NCBI GenBank assembly: GCA_034439575.1
Contig: JAWXAQ010000020.1
Coordinates: forward strand, 27,237-91,236
DNA from: Leptospira sp.
Lineage (GTDB): Bacteria; Spirochaetota; Leptospiria; Leptospirales; Leptospiraceae
Length of the DNA stretch: 64,000 nucleotides
Direction: 5' to 3'
This document shows, one piece after another, positions 41,885 through 50,780 of the stretch. The notes below the pieces were generated by a model, which saw only the letters and a program-made list of their open reading frames with translations, made no database searches and was not told the origin of the DNA. A program made the translations under genes and the position numbers. How positions within the stretch are numbered: the stretch's first letter is position 1; every line of letters begins with the position of its first letter.

Positions 41885-42141
41885 ATTTTTATATTCTAAC
41901 TATCAATTTCACCAAACCTTTCCATGAAAAAGTTTTAGTAGGAAGGTTAAATAAGAGTTTGGATTGGATTCAGATTATGCCTGGAGTTTTTATAATCAAA
42001 AGTAATTCTGATATCAAAACCTGGTATGATAGATTGTCGACTGCTCTTAACAAAAATCAGTTTTTCATTGTTGAAATTGATTTATCGGTAAGGAATGGTT
42101 GGTTACCAAAATCTGCCTGGGATTGGATAAAAGAAGCATAA
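41881..42141 (+). CDS. Small protein, Cas2-like/ferredoxin-fold candidate
   Basis: YIL..W...PGVFII.S..FFIVEI..GWL....DWI pattern; ATGA-coupled. Confidence 0.5.
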   Translation: MNFYILTINFTKPFHEKVLVGRLNKSLDWIQIMPGVFIIKSNSDIKTWYDRLSTALNKNQFFIVEIDLSVRNGWLPKSAWDWIKEA

Positions 42142-42197
42142 CTTTTCTCGTAAAACCTACTTGACTTAATTTCTCTTTATACCCCCGAATTTCGATT

Positions 42198-42740
42198 ATG
42201 CGAAAAGTCGAAAAAATCGGGGACTATACCCGAACCACACAACCATTAATTTCTTACAAAGATACAGTCGCGGACTGTTTTGATTTAGCTCGTCTCTATT
42301 GGAAGGATCTCCTTCTTTTCCATTGGAATGGAAGAGCTCTGAAAGATTTAACACTCTTAGAATTTTACGAATTTGTAAAATCGATTCAGTACGTAAAAGA
42401 TCCGGATAAGAAAGAACATACAAGCCGACCAAAAATTTTATTAGAGAATGCAAATAGCAATTATCCTTTTGATTGCGATGATAGATCCATTCTTTCTTTG
42501 AGTTTCTTTCTACTTCAGAATTTTCTCTATGGAAGAAATTATGAAACTCGTTTGGTAGTTACTGGAAGATATGATAAACCAAGACATATCTTTGTAGAAT
42601 TTAGAGATAAGGATATCATCGGAAGTGAATGGACTCCTTACGATTGTACTTATCCACATAATATTTTTGGAAAAACTCTATACTTGCCACAATTCAGAAG
42701 AGTTTTCTATGAAATCAATCATCCAGTTAAGTTAAAGTAA
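42198..42740 (+). CDS. Transglutaminase-like cysteine protease
   Basis: FDCDD (Cys), HIFVE (His), WTPYD (Asp) triad; IQYVKD..P. Confidence 0.75.
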   Translation: MRKVEKIGDYTRTTQPLISYKDTVADCFDLARLYWKDLLLFHWNGRALKDLTLLEFYEFVKSIQYVKDPDKKEHTSRPKILLENANSNYPFDCDDRSILSLSFFLLQNFLYGRNYETRLVVTGRYDKPRHIFVEFRDKDIIGSEWTPYDCTYPHNIFGKTLYLPQFRRVFYEINHPVKLK

Positions 42741-42860
42741 TTCAAAAGTATTATTTAGAATAACAGTGAATAGATTGTATTCAAATAATACATGTTATAG
42801 TTCTATTTTATTTTAACTTTACAAAAAGATTAATCAATCGCTGATTCTATCCAAGCGAAA

Positions 42861-43961
42861 ATGTCACAAGTGGAATCAGTTAGATTAGAGGGGGACGAAA
42901 CTCCCCCTCAATCGTTAAAAAATTTTCTAGTTAGTTATGACTCTCCTCTTCATGGTGATGAGGTCGAAACTCCTATGTTCTCCGAAGAGCCAATCTTTCT
43001 TTCCGGTGACGACGGTGAAGAATACTTCTTACTCGGTGAAGATGAAGACACTGGATTTCTTGTCTATGGATTCGAAGACGAGAATGACGAAGCTGTTTTA
43101 GTCTATGGAGATTATGACGGTAACATCCACGAGATTGAAACCTTAGAGGGATTTGGTGGCTTTAAAGGATTCAAAGGTTTTAAAGCTCCTAAGCTCCCCA
43201 AAATGCCAAAAATTCCCAAGTTCAAGGCGAAGTTCAAAGCTCCTAAATTTAAAACGAAGGGACTTACTAAAGGATTTAGAAATGTCGGAAAATCTGTCAC
43301 TAAAGGCGTCGGTAGCGTCACTAAGGGCATTTCTAGCGGCGTTAAGGCTTATGGCAAGGCTTGGTCTGATGTTGGCAAAGGACTTAGCAAAGGCGTCTCG
43401 GCTTTAGCTAAGGGAGCCGGAAATGTACTCTCTCAAGTGGCTGAAGGAGCTGGGGGTCTACTCAGTCCGGATGGCGGCGGTGAACAGCCAGAGGAAGAAG
43501 AAGAGGAACAACCGGAAGAAGATTTAGAGGCAAGTGAATTTGAAAATGAATCTCCTTCTGAGGAAGAAGAACAAGAACCAAGCGAATATTCAGAAGAGGA
43601 CGAAATGAACGGTGAACTAGGATTTGCGCAATTTATACCAATGGCTTTATCGGCAGCAGGTTCTATCAAGCAAGGCGTAGCAAAAAAGAAAGCTGCTAAG
43701 ACTCAAGCGAAGAACAAAAGAAACACAGCATTATTAGATTTAATCAAACAGACTAGAGCTCCTGTTAAAGTAAAGAAAGCAGCTTCTAAGGTAACAAGCA
43801 TAAAGGTGAGTAAGCCAAAGGCTATCGCATCCTCAAAAGCCGGTGGTCTGTTTGATTCAGAAATTACTCACAGCATCAAAGAAGATAGTAAAATACCTTT
43901 GATATTAGGCGGTGTCGCCGTAGTCGGTGCAATATTTTTATTAGGAAAAAAAAGCAAGTAG
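42861..43961 (+). CDS. Putative virion core/membrane protein with alternating acidic and basic blocks
   Basis: Acidic, Lys-rich, poly-Glu and Lys/Ala blocks; C-terminal TM followed by GKKSK. Confidence 0.7.
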   Translation: MSQVESVRLEGDETPPQSLKNFLVSYDSPLHGDEVETPMFSEEPIFLSGDDGEEYFLLGEDEDTGFLVYGFEDENDEAVLVYGDYDGNIHEIETLEGFGGFKGFKGFKAPKLPKMPKIPKFKAKFKAPKFKTKGLTKGFRNVGKSVTKGVGSVTKGISSGVKAYGKAWSDVGKGLSKGVSALAKGAGNVLSQVAEGAGGLLSPDGGGEQPEEEEEEQPEEDLEASEFENESPSEEEEQEPSEYSEEDEMNGELGFAQFIPMALSAAGSIKQGVAKKKAAKTQAKNKRNTALLDLIKQTRAPVKVKKAASKVTSIKVSKPKAIASSKAGGLFDSEITHSIKEDSKIPLILGGVAVVGAIFLLGKKSK

Positions 43962-43974
43962 TAGGTAAGCGAAA

Positions 43975-44172
43975 ATGAAGAAACCAAAACTCATTAAAAT
44001 GCCGAAGCGTCCCAAAGAATCAGCGTCAGCTGAGGTATGGCTACGCTACGAGCAAAGAGTCAAGTCCGTCCAAGAAAGGAACACTAAGAAATTAGCTCCT
44101 TATAAGAAAGCCCAATTGGTTAAAGACCGAGTGAAAAAATCGGTCTCTAAAATTTCTGGCAAGGTGGCGTAA
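43975..44172 (+). CDS. Small highly basic protein (DNA-binding candidate)
   Basis: 65 aa, Lys/Arg-rich. Confidence 0.7.
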   Translation: MKKPKLIKMPKRPKESASAEVWLRYEQRVKSVQERNTKKLAPYKKAQLVKDRVKKSVSKISGKVA

Positions 44173-44173
44173 G

Positions 44174-44719
44174 ATGTCATTTAAAAATGAAATCATGTCA
44201 GGTGCTAAGATTGGCGGAGCTGCCTTTGTTGGTTATGCGTTAAATAGATTCGTTTCAACAATGGATTATGCAAAGCAAATCATGAAAGAATCTCCGGAAA
44301 CTGGAACAGTAATTGTTTCAACTGGTATCTCTGTTGCTGTTATCAAATTCCAAGACAAGGTAAAAGATAAATTGGTTAGAGCTGGTCTAGTCGGTGGATC
44401 GATTGCAGCATCTATTCATCTTGCAACTAGGATTCCTACAATTCAAAAAGCCCTTCCCGCTGGTGTCGTAACTGCGCTGTCAGGTGAAGGAGAATATGAG
44501 GAAATTTCTGGTGAAGAAATGGAGAACCAAATAAATCAAGAAGTTGACGAACGTATAAAAAAAGCGTTCCAAGATGGAAAGATTCAATATGTGACTCCCC
44601 GAAATCAGTTAGCCTTAGCCGGTGAAACTCAAAGTGTTTATGAAGTTGGTGAAGATTCTGAATATGAAGTAGAAGGCGATGGCGTCTACGATCTGTCAGG
44701 TGTTTACGATCTAGAGTAA
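44174..44719 (+). CDS. Putative virion membrane protein with acidic C-terminus
   Basis: Gly/Ala hydrophobic N-half, acidic xG-repeat tail. Confidence 0.7.
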   Translation: MSFKNEIMSGAKIGGAAFVGYALNRFVSTMDYAKQIMKESPETGTVIVSTGISVAVIKFQDKVKDKLVRAGLVGGSIAASIHLATRIPTIQKALPAGVVTALSGEGEYEEISGEEMENQINQEVDERIKKAFQDGKIQYVTPRNQLALAGETQSVYEVGEDSEYEVEGDGVYDLSGVYDLE

Positions 44720-44760
44720 GCGGAAAATTTAAGCGAAAAAAAACAGGAAGCGAAAAAGCT

Positions 44761-45438
44761 ATGAATGGACAAACTCAAGCAGTGCCACAGAGAAGTGCAC
44801 ACAAAAAAATTCAATCAGAGATTTCTAGATTGCAAAAGGCTGGTGGAATCCCCACAGAACTTACGTCAGTTGTAAAATTGACAGATGGTCAAAGAACATT
44901 TAGTTTCTTTAATGGTGAAGAAGACCGTAACAACTATGGTCATCTTGCCTATTATCGAAAAGGCGGAAAAAATCCGATTGAATCGCAAAAAGGAAAACTT
45001 GTTGGTTTCCAATTTGAGATACATGGACCAGATTTTGCGACTTTGAATTTTGCAGGAACTACTGGTTCCTATGATGTCTTGGATGCAGCTAACAAGCTGA
45101 TTCAGTTGACTAGATTCAAAATAACAAAAAACAAAACGGTTTTACGAGAAGGCTCGATTCGATCTCTTATTGATCCGCTTCCGAAAGTATTGAAACCTTT
45201 CCTCTTAGGAACTGGAACAGTAAATGGTCACGTACCAGTGGCTGCTATCATTGACCAAGGCGGAAATATCGAAGAAAGAAATTCAAATAAAAGAGCTCTG
45301 TATCTTCCTATTGATTTTCAAGATAACGATTCTCTTGTGATCGAAGCTTGGATTCCAGCCGGTGCTACAGGTGTTGCTACGCCTCTCGTTAACCACTTGT
45401 TAACGTTGAATGCACTCGGTGTAGAATTTCCAAAGTAA
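44761..45438 (+). CDS. Candidate major capsid protein (unassigned fold)
   Basis: Soluble, beta-strand-patterned 225 aa; position in the operon; followed by hairpins. Confidence 0.45.
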   Translation: MNGQTQAVPQRSAHKKIQSEISRLQKAGGIPTELTSVVKLTDGQRTFSFFNGEEDRNNYGHLAYYRKGGKNPIESQKGKLVGFQFEIHGPDFATLNFAGTTGSYDVLDAANKLIQLTRFKITKNKTVLREGSIRSLIDPLPKVLKPFLLGTGTVNGHVPVAAIIDQGGNIEERNSNKRALYLPIDFQDNDSLVIEAWIPAGATGVATPLVNHLLTLNALGVEFPK

Positions 45439-45443
45439 AAATC

Positions 45444-45488
45444 GTTTCGTAAGAAACTAATGAGACCGGTGAAAGCCGGTCTCTATTT
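45444..45488 (+). terminator. Tandem GNRA hairpins / partial terminator
   Basis: gtttc-GTAA-gaaac, then gagaccggt-GAAA-gccggtctc followed by tattt. Confidence 0.65.
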
Positions 45489-45503
45489 AAAAGGTAAGCG
45501 AAA

Positions 45504-45953
45504 ATGAAAATTAACCACAATGGAAAGGACTATACTATACTTGCAGGAATGTCTAGTGCGTTAGATGCAAATGGTGGAGGTTCCTTTCAAAAGGCGATCA
45601 CGATTGAAAACAATACTAGCGTTAAAGGAAGAATCATCGGAGCCGTAGTTAGATATTCTAATACAAATCTTTCAGATGTTGCAATAGATATCAGAACTCA
45701 AACTACAAAACAAAATCCTGCAATTGCTGGGGATCTTGCCTTAACAGTAGTAGGTTCTCTAAAGGATTCTCCGGGCTTCAATGTTTTTCCATTTCCAGGG
45801 ATTGGAATACACTTACCCAAAAATCTTGCTGTAGAGATATGGTTAAAGACTTGGGCTGTAGCAGTACCTGATCGAGGCGTTATGGTTGCTCTTCTTATGG
45901 AAGAGAGTCCAGATGAAGACGAAATAAAACCGAAAGAAAAAGAGAAAAAATAA
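45504..45953 (+). CDS. Candidate second (small) capsid protein
   Basis: 149 aa, beta-rich alternating hydrophobic pattern. Confidence 0.4.
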   Translation: MKINHNGKDYTILAGMSSALDANGGGSFQKAITIENNTSVKGRIIGAVVRYSNTNLSDVAIDIRTQTTKQNPAIAGDLALTVVGSLKDSPGFNVFPFPGIGIHLPKNLAVEIWLKTWAVAVPDRGVMVALLMEESPDEDEIKPKEKEKK

Positions 45954-46600
45954 TGAATCGAAGGATTTCTCTTCCTTTCAGTTTTACTCAGGACTATAGA
46001 GCGGCGTCGGAGGTTCCGCCACCGCTTTATACTGAGACTTTTAGTATCGGAAAAATCGATATCGAAAAATCGAAAAGAATGATCATCAAAGATGGTCTAG
46101 TACAAAACTATTTTTTCAGATCTACTCAGGCTTTAACGAATCCGGTTACATTAGGACTTATACTTTCAGATAACCTAGAACTTCAGTTAAATGACGGTTT
46201 CACAAAACTCTTAGATATAGGAACTGGTCTCTTCACAGAAACAGTTCTACCAAATACTCCATTCCCAGGCATCAAGCCTTCAGATAAAATAGCAAGATTG
46301 CAAAGTATCGTTTGTTATGAAGATATTCTAGAGTATGAAACCTATGTGGATGAAAATGATTTTTCAGATCCACAATACGAGTTAGCTTCTGCCTCAAAAC
46401 TACTAATGAATAATTCTACAGTAGATACTCTATTACTCAATGGAACGACTTATCCTGTTCCGGGAGAAATTGAAATATATAATCCATCGGGAAAGAGATT
46501 TCTCTATTTAGTTCCTTATACTCCAAAACTACAAAGAACGAGAGTCGGAACATCTGGAAGATTCAATTTCACAATCTATTCTTTGTTAGAAGAGGAATAA
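45953..46600 (+). CDS. Putative structural protein (vertex/penton candidate)
   Basis: 215 aa beta-rich, between the capsid candidates and the fibre. Confidence 0.35.
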   Translation: MNRRISLPFSFTQDYRAASEVPPPLYTETFSIGKIDIEKSKRMIIKDGLVQNYFFRSTQALTNPVTLGLILSDNLELQLNDGFTKLLDIGTGLFTETVLPNTPFPGIKPSDKIARLQSIVCYEDILEYETYVDENDFSDPQYELASASKLLMNNSTVDTLLLNGTTYPVPGEIEIYNPSGKRFLYLVPYTPKLQRTRVGTSGRFNFTIYSLLEEE

Positions 46601-46601
46601 G

Positions 46602-48197
46602 ATGAGCGATTGGGATTATAAAGAAACACTTGAAGAATTAATACCAGCCATTGAAGAATTGCGCGATTTTTGCGATACTACTTTTGACGAACCTGGCCAG
46701 CCAGAGACTCATGACGCTCTAATAAATGGATTAGAGATCATTAAAGATAAATTAGACGATATAAATAATGAGCAGTCAAATGAAGCAAGTGCAAGAGAAA
46801 ACGCTGACTCAAATTTACAGGAAATTTTTGATGAATTAACTCTAAGATTCAACCGGCTAGCACATGGAGAAGCACCGGCACAAGATAGCCGGAATGGACA
46901 TAGAAAATATTTATGGGAATTCTTCGAGCTTATATCTACAGATCAAATCGATGGATATAAACAACAGATGCAATTTTTTCAGAATGCTCTCGGTGACAAA
47001 GTAGATGCCATCGATGTTGACCTAGTAACCGGTATTTCGATTTCTATTTCCAATCCATTAAGACCACGTATAACACAAAACAGACCTTTGTGGTCTGAAA
47101 TCCAAAATAAGCCAGCATCATTTCCCACAACTTCACATTCACATGATATTAATGAGATCGTTTCTCTACAGACGGCACTCGATGGGAAAGAATCAATTCC
47201 TAACAAAGGTATAGCGAACGGTTACGCATCATTAGACGGAAGTGGAAGAGTTCCAGTTTCTCAAATCAATTCATTTGCACTTGCTATGCAAATTGTAAAT
47301 ACCATAGCAGATAGAAACGCACTTTCACCCGTAGGAAATCTTCCGGTATTTGTTAAGAATGCAACCGGAGACATTTCAGTTTCTTCCGGTGGTGCGCTCT
47401 ATCTATATGAATTTGCAACAACCTCTTGGATCAAACTAACAGAGTATGAGTCCTTAGATATTATTCAAGCTTGGTCAAACATCACAGGCAAACCTTCAGT
47501 ATTTACAGCCGACCTTTCGACCGTTGCAACTGGACTAACAGACACTAGCGGAACGATGAGCGCAAGCGATTCGATACTAACTCTATTTGGAAAGATAAAG
47601 AAATTTATTGCAGACGTTCCGGCGATACTCTCGGGAGGCTGGGAAGTCGGAGACCGAAAAACTTCTTACCGAAGTTATACTACTGGAAATTGGCTTTTAT
47701 TAGATGGTAAAACCATCGGAGATTTTTCCTCTAATGCTACAGCACTAGCTAACACCAGCGTTTTCTCTTTGTTTGAATTTCTTTGGAATGAATACCCTTT
47801 ACTTGAAATTTATACTTCGGCGGGAGTACTGACAACCCGTGGAGCCGATCCACTCACAGATTTTAATGCACACAAGGCACTTAAACTTTGGGATGAGCGT
47901 GGTCGATTTTCGCGCGTTAGTGGAGTATCCGGGAACGGTCAAAAGGCAAATGGACAATACTATGACGGCGGAGCCGCTGGCTCGTATGGTAATGATAAAT
48001 TCCAAGGCTTCGTTATAAACGATAATTTACCTGTTGATAATGGTGGCACTGCTTTATCTAGTTCCGGTGTGGTTAATGGTTGGAATTTGACTTCATCTAA
48101 CAAACCACCAATTTCCGACGGCGCAAATGGGACACCACGAACAGGCAACGAAACAACCCCAGCTTGGATATCACATTATTCATGGATAAAATACTAA
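46602..48197 (+). CDS. Fibre/spike protein with tail-collar domain
   Basis: HSHDINEIVSLQTALDGK repeat, KGIANGYASLD, collar motif VGD..WLLLDG..DERGRF, C-terminal TPRTGNET.P..IKY. Confidence 0.8.
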   Translation: MSDWDYKETLEELIPAIEELRDFCDTTFDEPGQPETHDALINGLEIIKDKLDDINNEQSNEASARENADSNLQEIFDELTLRFNRLAHGEAPAQDSRNGHRKYLWEFFELISTDQIDGYKQQMQFFQNALGDKVDAIDVDLVTGISISISNPLRPRITQNRPLWSEIQNKPASFPTTSHSHDINEIVSLQTALDGKESIPNKGIANGYASLDGSGRVPVSQINSFALAMQIVNTIADRNALSPVGNLPVFVKNATGDISVSSGGALYLYEFATTSWIKLTEYESLDIIQAWSNITGKPSVFTADLSTVATGLTDTSGTMSASDSILTLFGKIKKFIADVPAILSGGWEVGDRKTSYRSYTTGNWLLLDGKTIGDFSSNATALANTSVFSLFEFLWNEYPLLEIYTSAGVLTTRGADPLTDFNAHKALKLWDERGRFSRVSGVSGNGQKANGQYYDGGAAGSYGNDKFQGFVINDNLPVDNGGTALSSSGVVNGWNLTSSNKPPISDGANGTPRTGNETTPAWISHYSWIKY

Positions 48198-48198
48198 C

Positions 48199-48486
48199 AT
48201 GGACGACTTTTTTAAAATCTTAGCTTCAATCTCAACATTCGTCTCTCTCGTATTAGCTTATGTTTTCAAAGTAAATAATCTTGAAATTAAAATCAAGATT
48301 CTCGAATTAAAAAATGATCTACTTGAGAAGATAACTTCTAACGAAAGCCAAATCAAAAAAATCGAATCTGACTTAATCATCAAAATGCAAGAGATGATTA
48401 TTCAATGGAGATATACAGAAGAGAGCTTAGGAGAAATCAAAGTTTCAATAAATTCAATTTTCAAAAAGTTAGACGAGAGAAAATAA
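48199..48486 (+). CDS. N-terminal TM plus coiled-coil protein
   Basis: One TM followed by heptads. Confidence 0.65.
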   Translation: MDDFFKILASISTFVSLVLAYVFKVNNLEIKIKILELKNDLLEKITSNESQIKKIESDLIIKMQEMIIQWRYTEESLGEIKVSINSIFKKLDERK

Positions 48487-48499
48487 AAGGAACAACACA

Positions 48500-49030
48500 A
48501 TGGCAATATTACCACAAGATCAAAATAGATTTATTCAAACAATGGCAGAGCCTTCCTTTATTCCGGGATGGGACGTTCAATGGATACCAAACAGTACAAA
48601 TAGTTTTCCTAGATATGCTATTGATTACTCAGCAAGTGGATTGGATCAACCAATAGGATTTTCTGTTGAGGAATTAAACTATTTATCAAAATTCAAGAAT
48701 TTGAAATTAAACCCAGAGCTGAAAAGAATTTCATTCCAAGTTAAAAAAGAAACTGTCTTTCGTAAATCTTTGTCATCTGAACTTTTGTCTACCGATCCAG
48801 AGATAAACGAGTTTCGGGATTTCATACTTCAAAGAAAAACTAATCTGGTAAAATTAAAAGAGTATGTCTTTGAAGAAGGCGGACTTGTAGATCCAATTCG
48901 TACTATAGCCGATATAACCGGAAACAAAAAGGAAGATGTAAAAGCCGCTTTAGACTGGACGAAGTTTCTTTTGATAGGTGGCGGAGCTTATCTTTTATTT
49001 TCTAAGTTCACAGGTTCAAATAAAAAATAG
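48500..49030 (+). CDS. C-terminally anchored hypothetical protein
   Basis: Ends FLLIGGGAYLLFSKFTGSNKK. Confidence 0.7.
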   Translation: MAILPQDQNRFIQTMAEPSFIPGWDVQWIPNSTNSFPRYAIDYSASGLDQPIGFSVEELNYLSKFKNLKLNPELKRISFQVKKETVFRKSLSSELLSTDPEINEFRDFILQRKTNLVKLKEYVFEEGGLVDPIRTIADITGNKKEDVKAALDWTKFLLIGGGAYLLFSKFTGSNKK

Positions 49031-49032
49031 TC

Positions 49033-49524
49033 ATGAGTCTAGCCGTAGAACAAGTAAAGAATTCTATAGAGCTAGTTACTCCTAGACTTAAAACATTTTG
49101 GAATGATCTTCATTCAGTTCTTCCGGAGGCTCGTCTCTATGAAACCTTTCGAGAGAATAGCCGACAAGATTATTTATACGCACAAGGTCGAACTAGATCG
49201 GGGCAAATTATAACTTATGCAACGGCTGGGAATTCTCCACATAATCACGGTCTTGCGTTCGATGTCGTAGGAGTAAATTTTCTGAAGAAGGAAGAAGAGA
49301 TTCGAACTTTATTAGAGAAAAATAAAGACATCACATGGGGAAAAGATTTTTGGGGAATGGATCCAACATCAAAAAAGAAATTTCCATTCCCGGACGAATC
49401 TCATTTTCAAATCAAAAACTGGAAACGAATTGTTCCGGGCAAAATAGGAAAATCCGATATCGTTTTTCATCTATTAGCTGTTAGTGGAATTGCAATTTTA
49501 AATTTAAGGAGTAAGCGAAAATGA
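49033..49524 (+). CDS. M15-family (L-Ala-D-Glu type) peptidoglycan peptidase with C-terminal TM
   Basis: ETFR..Q..LYAQGRT, SPHNHGLAFD, WG, DESHFQ. Confidence 0.85.
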   Translation: MSLAVEQVKNSIELVTPRLKTFWNDLHSVLPEARLYETFRENSRQDYLYAQGRTRSGQIITYATAGNSPHNHGLAFDVVGVNFLKKEEEIRTLLEKNKDITWGKDFWGMDPTSKKKFPFPDESHFQIKNWKRIVPGKIGKSDIVFHLLAVSGIAILNLRSKRK

Positions 49525-49868
49525 AAGGACGATTCTATATATATCTTCCAACAAATAAAAAGTATAACTACCCGAAGGCTGAGGGACTACTTTTTAACAC
49601 ACAAGAAAAAAGGTTTTCTTTTATCGTGGAACTTGATGCAAGCGGAAAAGCTCAAGGTGAAACATCAGGTAAAGTGATTCGAGATTTTCAATCTTTGAAT
49701 CCGGGTGTTACTATCGTGAAAGTGGAAACAAAGAAATTAAATACTGAAGTTCCTATAATACAAACTCCGGTGAAAGATCAAGTGAAACCAAACACTACAA
49801 AAGAGAATGATTCTTCAGGAATGATTTTAATTGCAGGCTTAATTTTCATCGGTTCTTTATTCTTTTAA
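49521..49868 (+). CDS. C-terminally anchored hypothetical protein
   Basis: Ends GMILIAGLIFIGSLFF. Confidence 0.7.
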   Translation: MKGRFYIYLPTNKKYNYPKAEGLLFNTQEKRFSFIVELDASGKAQGETSGKVIRDFQSLNPGVTIVKVETKKLNTEVPIIQTPVKDQVKPNTTKENDSSGMILIAGLIFIGSLFF

Positions 49869-49875
49869 AAAAGTT

Positions 49876-50553
49876 ATGAGCACTTACACAGATACACTTT
49901 TTACCAAAACAGATTGTAAAACTCAAAGGGATAATATTAATCCTTATACCATTGAGAACGGAATTGTTTATGATCTCAATGGAAAGAAATTGTTCCTCAT
50001 CGAGGACTTCGAAAAAAATGAACACTTATTATTTGATAGAGTAACAAAGTGTTTCATTTCTTCAGGATCTATGTTTTGCGGATCTCTTCATGAGAAAGGA
50101 TTTATTTCTACTGAGATCGATGAAGTAGCTTATGAGCTCGCACTCAATAAGAATTTAAAGAAAGGTGAAACAAGATATCATTGGGAAGCACATAAGCGAG
50201 TCATCAATCTTTTTCTTAAAGATACAGATGTTACTTTTGATTATGAAGTCTCCTCGATGGATGGAATTTATGAACGAATGGTCGAAGGATCTCCTTTCCT
50301 TTGCTCTTTGAATATTAAACCTTGGTATCCTTCCGGGAGTGGTCATCTAACTTTATGTAGTGGCAAAAGAAATAATTATGAGAATAAACTCATTGGTGTT
50401 TTCTTGAAAGATCCATTTGGAAAACTTTTAACCAGTTATAAAGATCATGATGGAGATAATTGCTATATTCCACTTGATGATTTTAAAAAAGCAATTAAGG
50501 GACCATCGAAGGCTCCATGTCACATTGGATTTATTAAAAAGAGGAAAAAATGA
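49876..50553 (+). CDS. C39-like cysteine peptidase (candidate endolysin)
   Basis: QRDN, CFISSGSM, GH, DPFG. Confidence 0.65.
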   Translation: MSTYTDTLFTKTDCKTQRDNINPYTIENGIVYDLNGKKLFLIEDFEKNEHLLFDRVTKCFISSGSMFCGSLHEKGFISTEIDEVAYELALNKNLKKGETRYHWEAHKRVINLFLKDTDVTFDYEVSSMDGIYERMVEGSPFLCSLNIKPWYPSGSGHLTLCSGKRNNYENKLIGVFLKDPFGKLLTSYKDHDGDNCYIPLDDFKKAIKGPSKAPCHIGFIKKRKK

Positions 50554-50780
50554 AAAGCGAAAACAAAACACTTCTATTCTTACAACATTTCGGAATAGCG
50601 ATATTCTTTTTAGGATTTATTACAGATGCAGTACTTCAGTTTTTTGGAAAGGCTCCGCAGGTATCTATTTCCGAATCAATGGCCTTTCCGGCGTTCTGGT
50701 CACTGTCGGTAATAGGACTCATCTTTATTGCCTCACCTATCTTCCCATACGCATGGGACAAATGGCAAAAGAGGAAGTAA
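50550..50780 (+). CDS. Candidate holin (two TMs)
   Basis: 76 aa, two TMs, basic C-terminus, between peptidase and lipoprotein genes. Confidence 0.55.
   Translation: MKSENKTLLFLQHFGIAIFFLGFITDAVLQFFGKAPQVSISESMAFPAFWSLSVIGLIFIASPIFPYAWDKWQKRK

Noticed and set aside
41881-42141. CRISPR-Cas locus suggested by the Cas2-like ORF
   Set aside because: No cas1 or other cas genes and no repeat-spacer array seen in the window
43150-43260. Short nucleotide repeats (ttcaaagg/tttaaag)
   Set aside because: Explained by FKG/FKA peptide repeats in the coding frame
50447-50779. First 111 aa of the 236-aa track ORF
   Set aside because: Overlaps the peptidase and holin genes in other frames; the real start is ATG 50780
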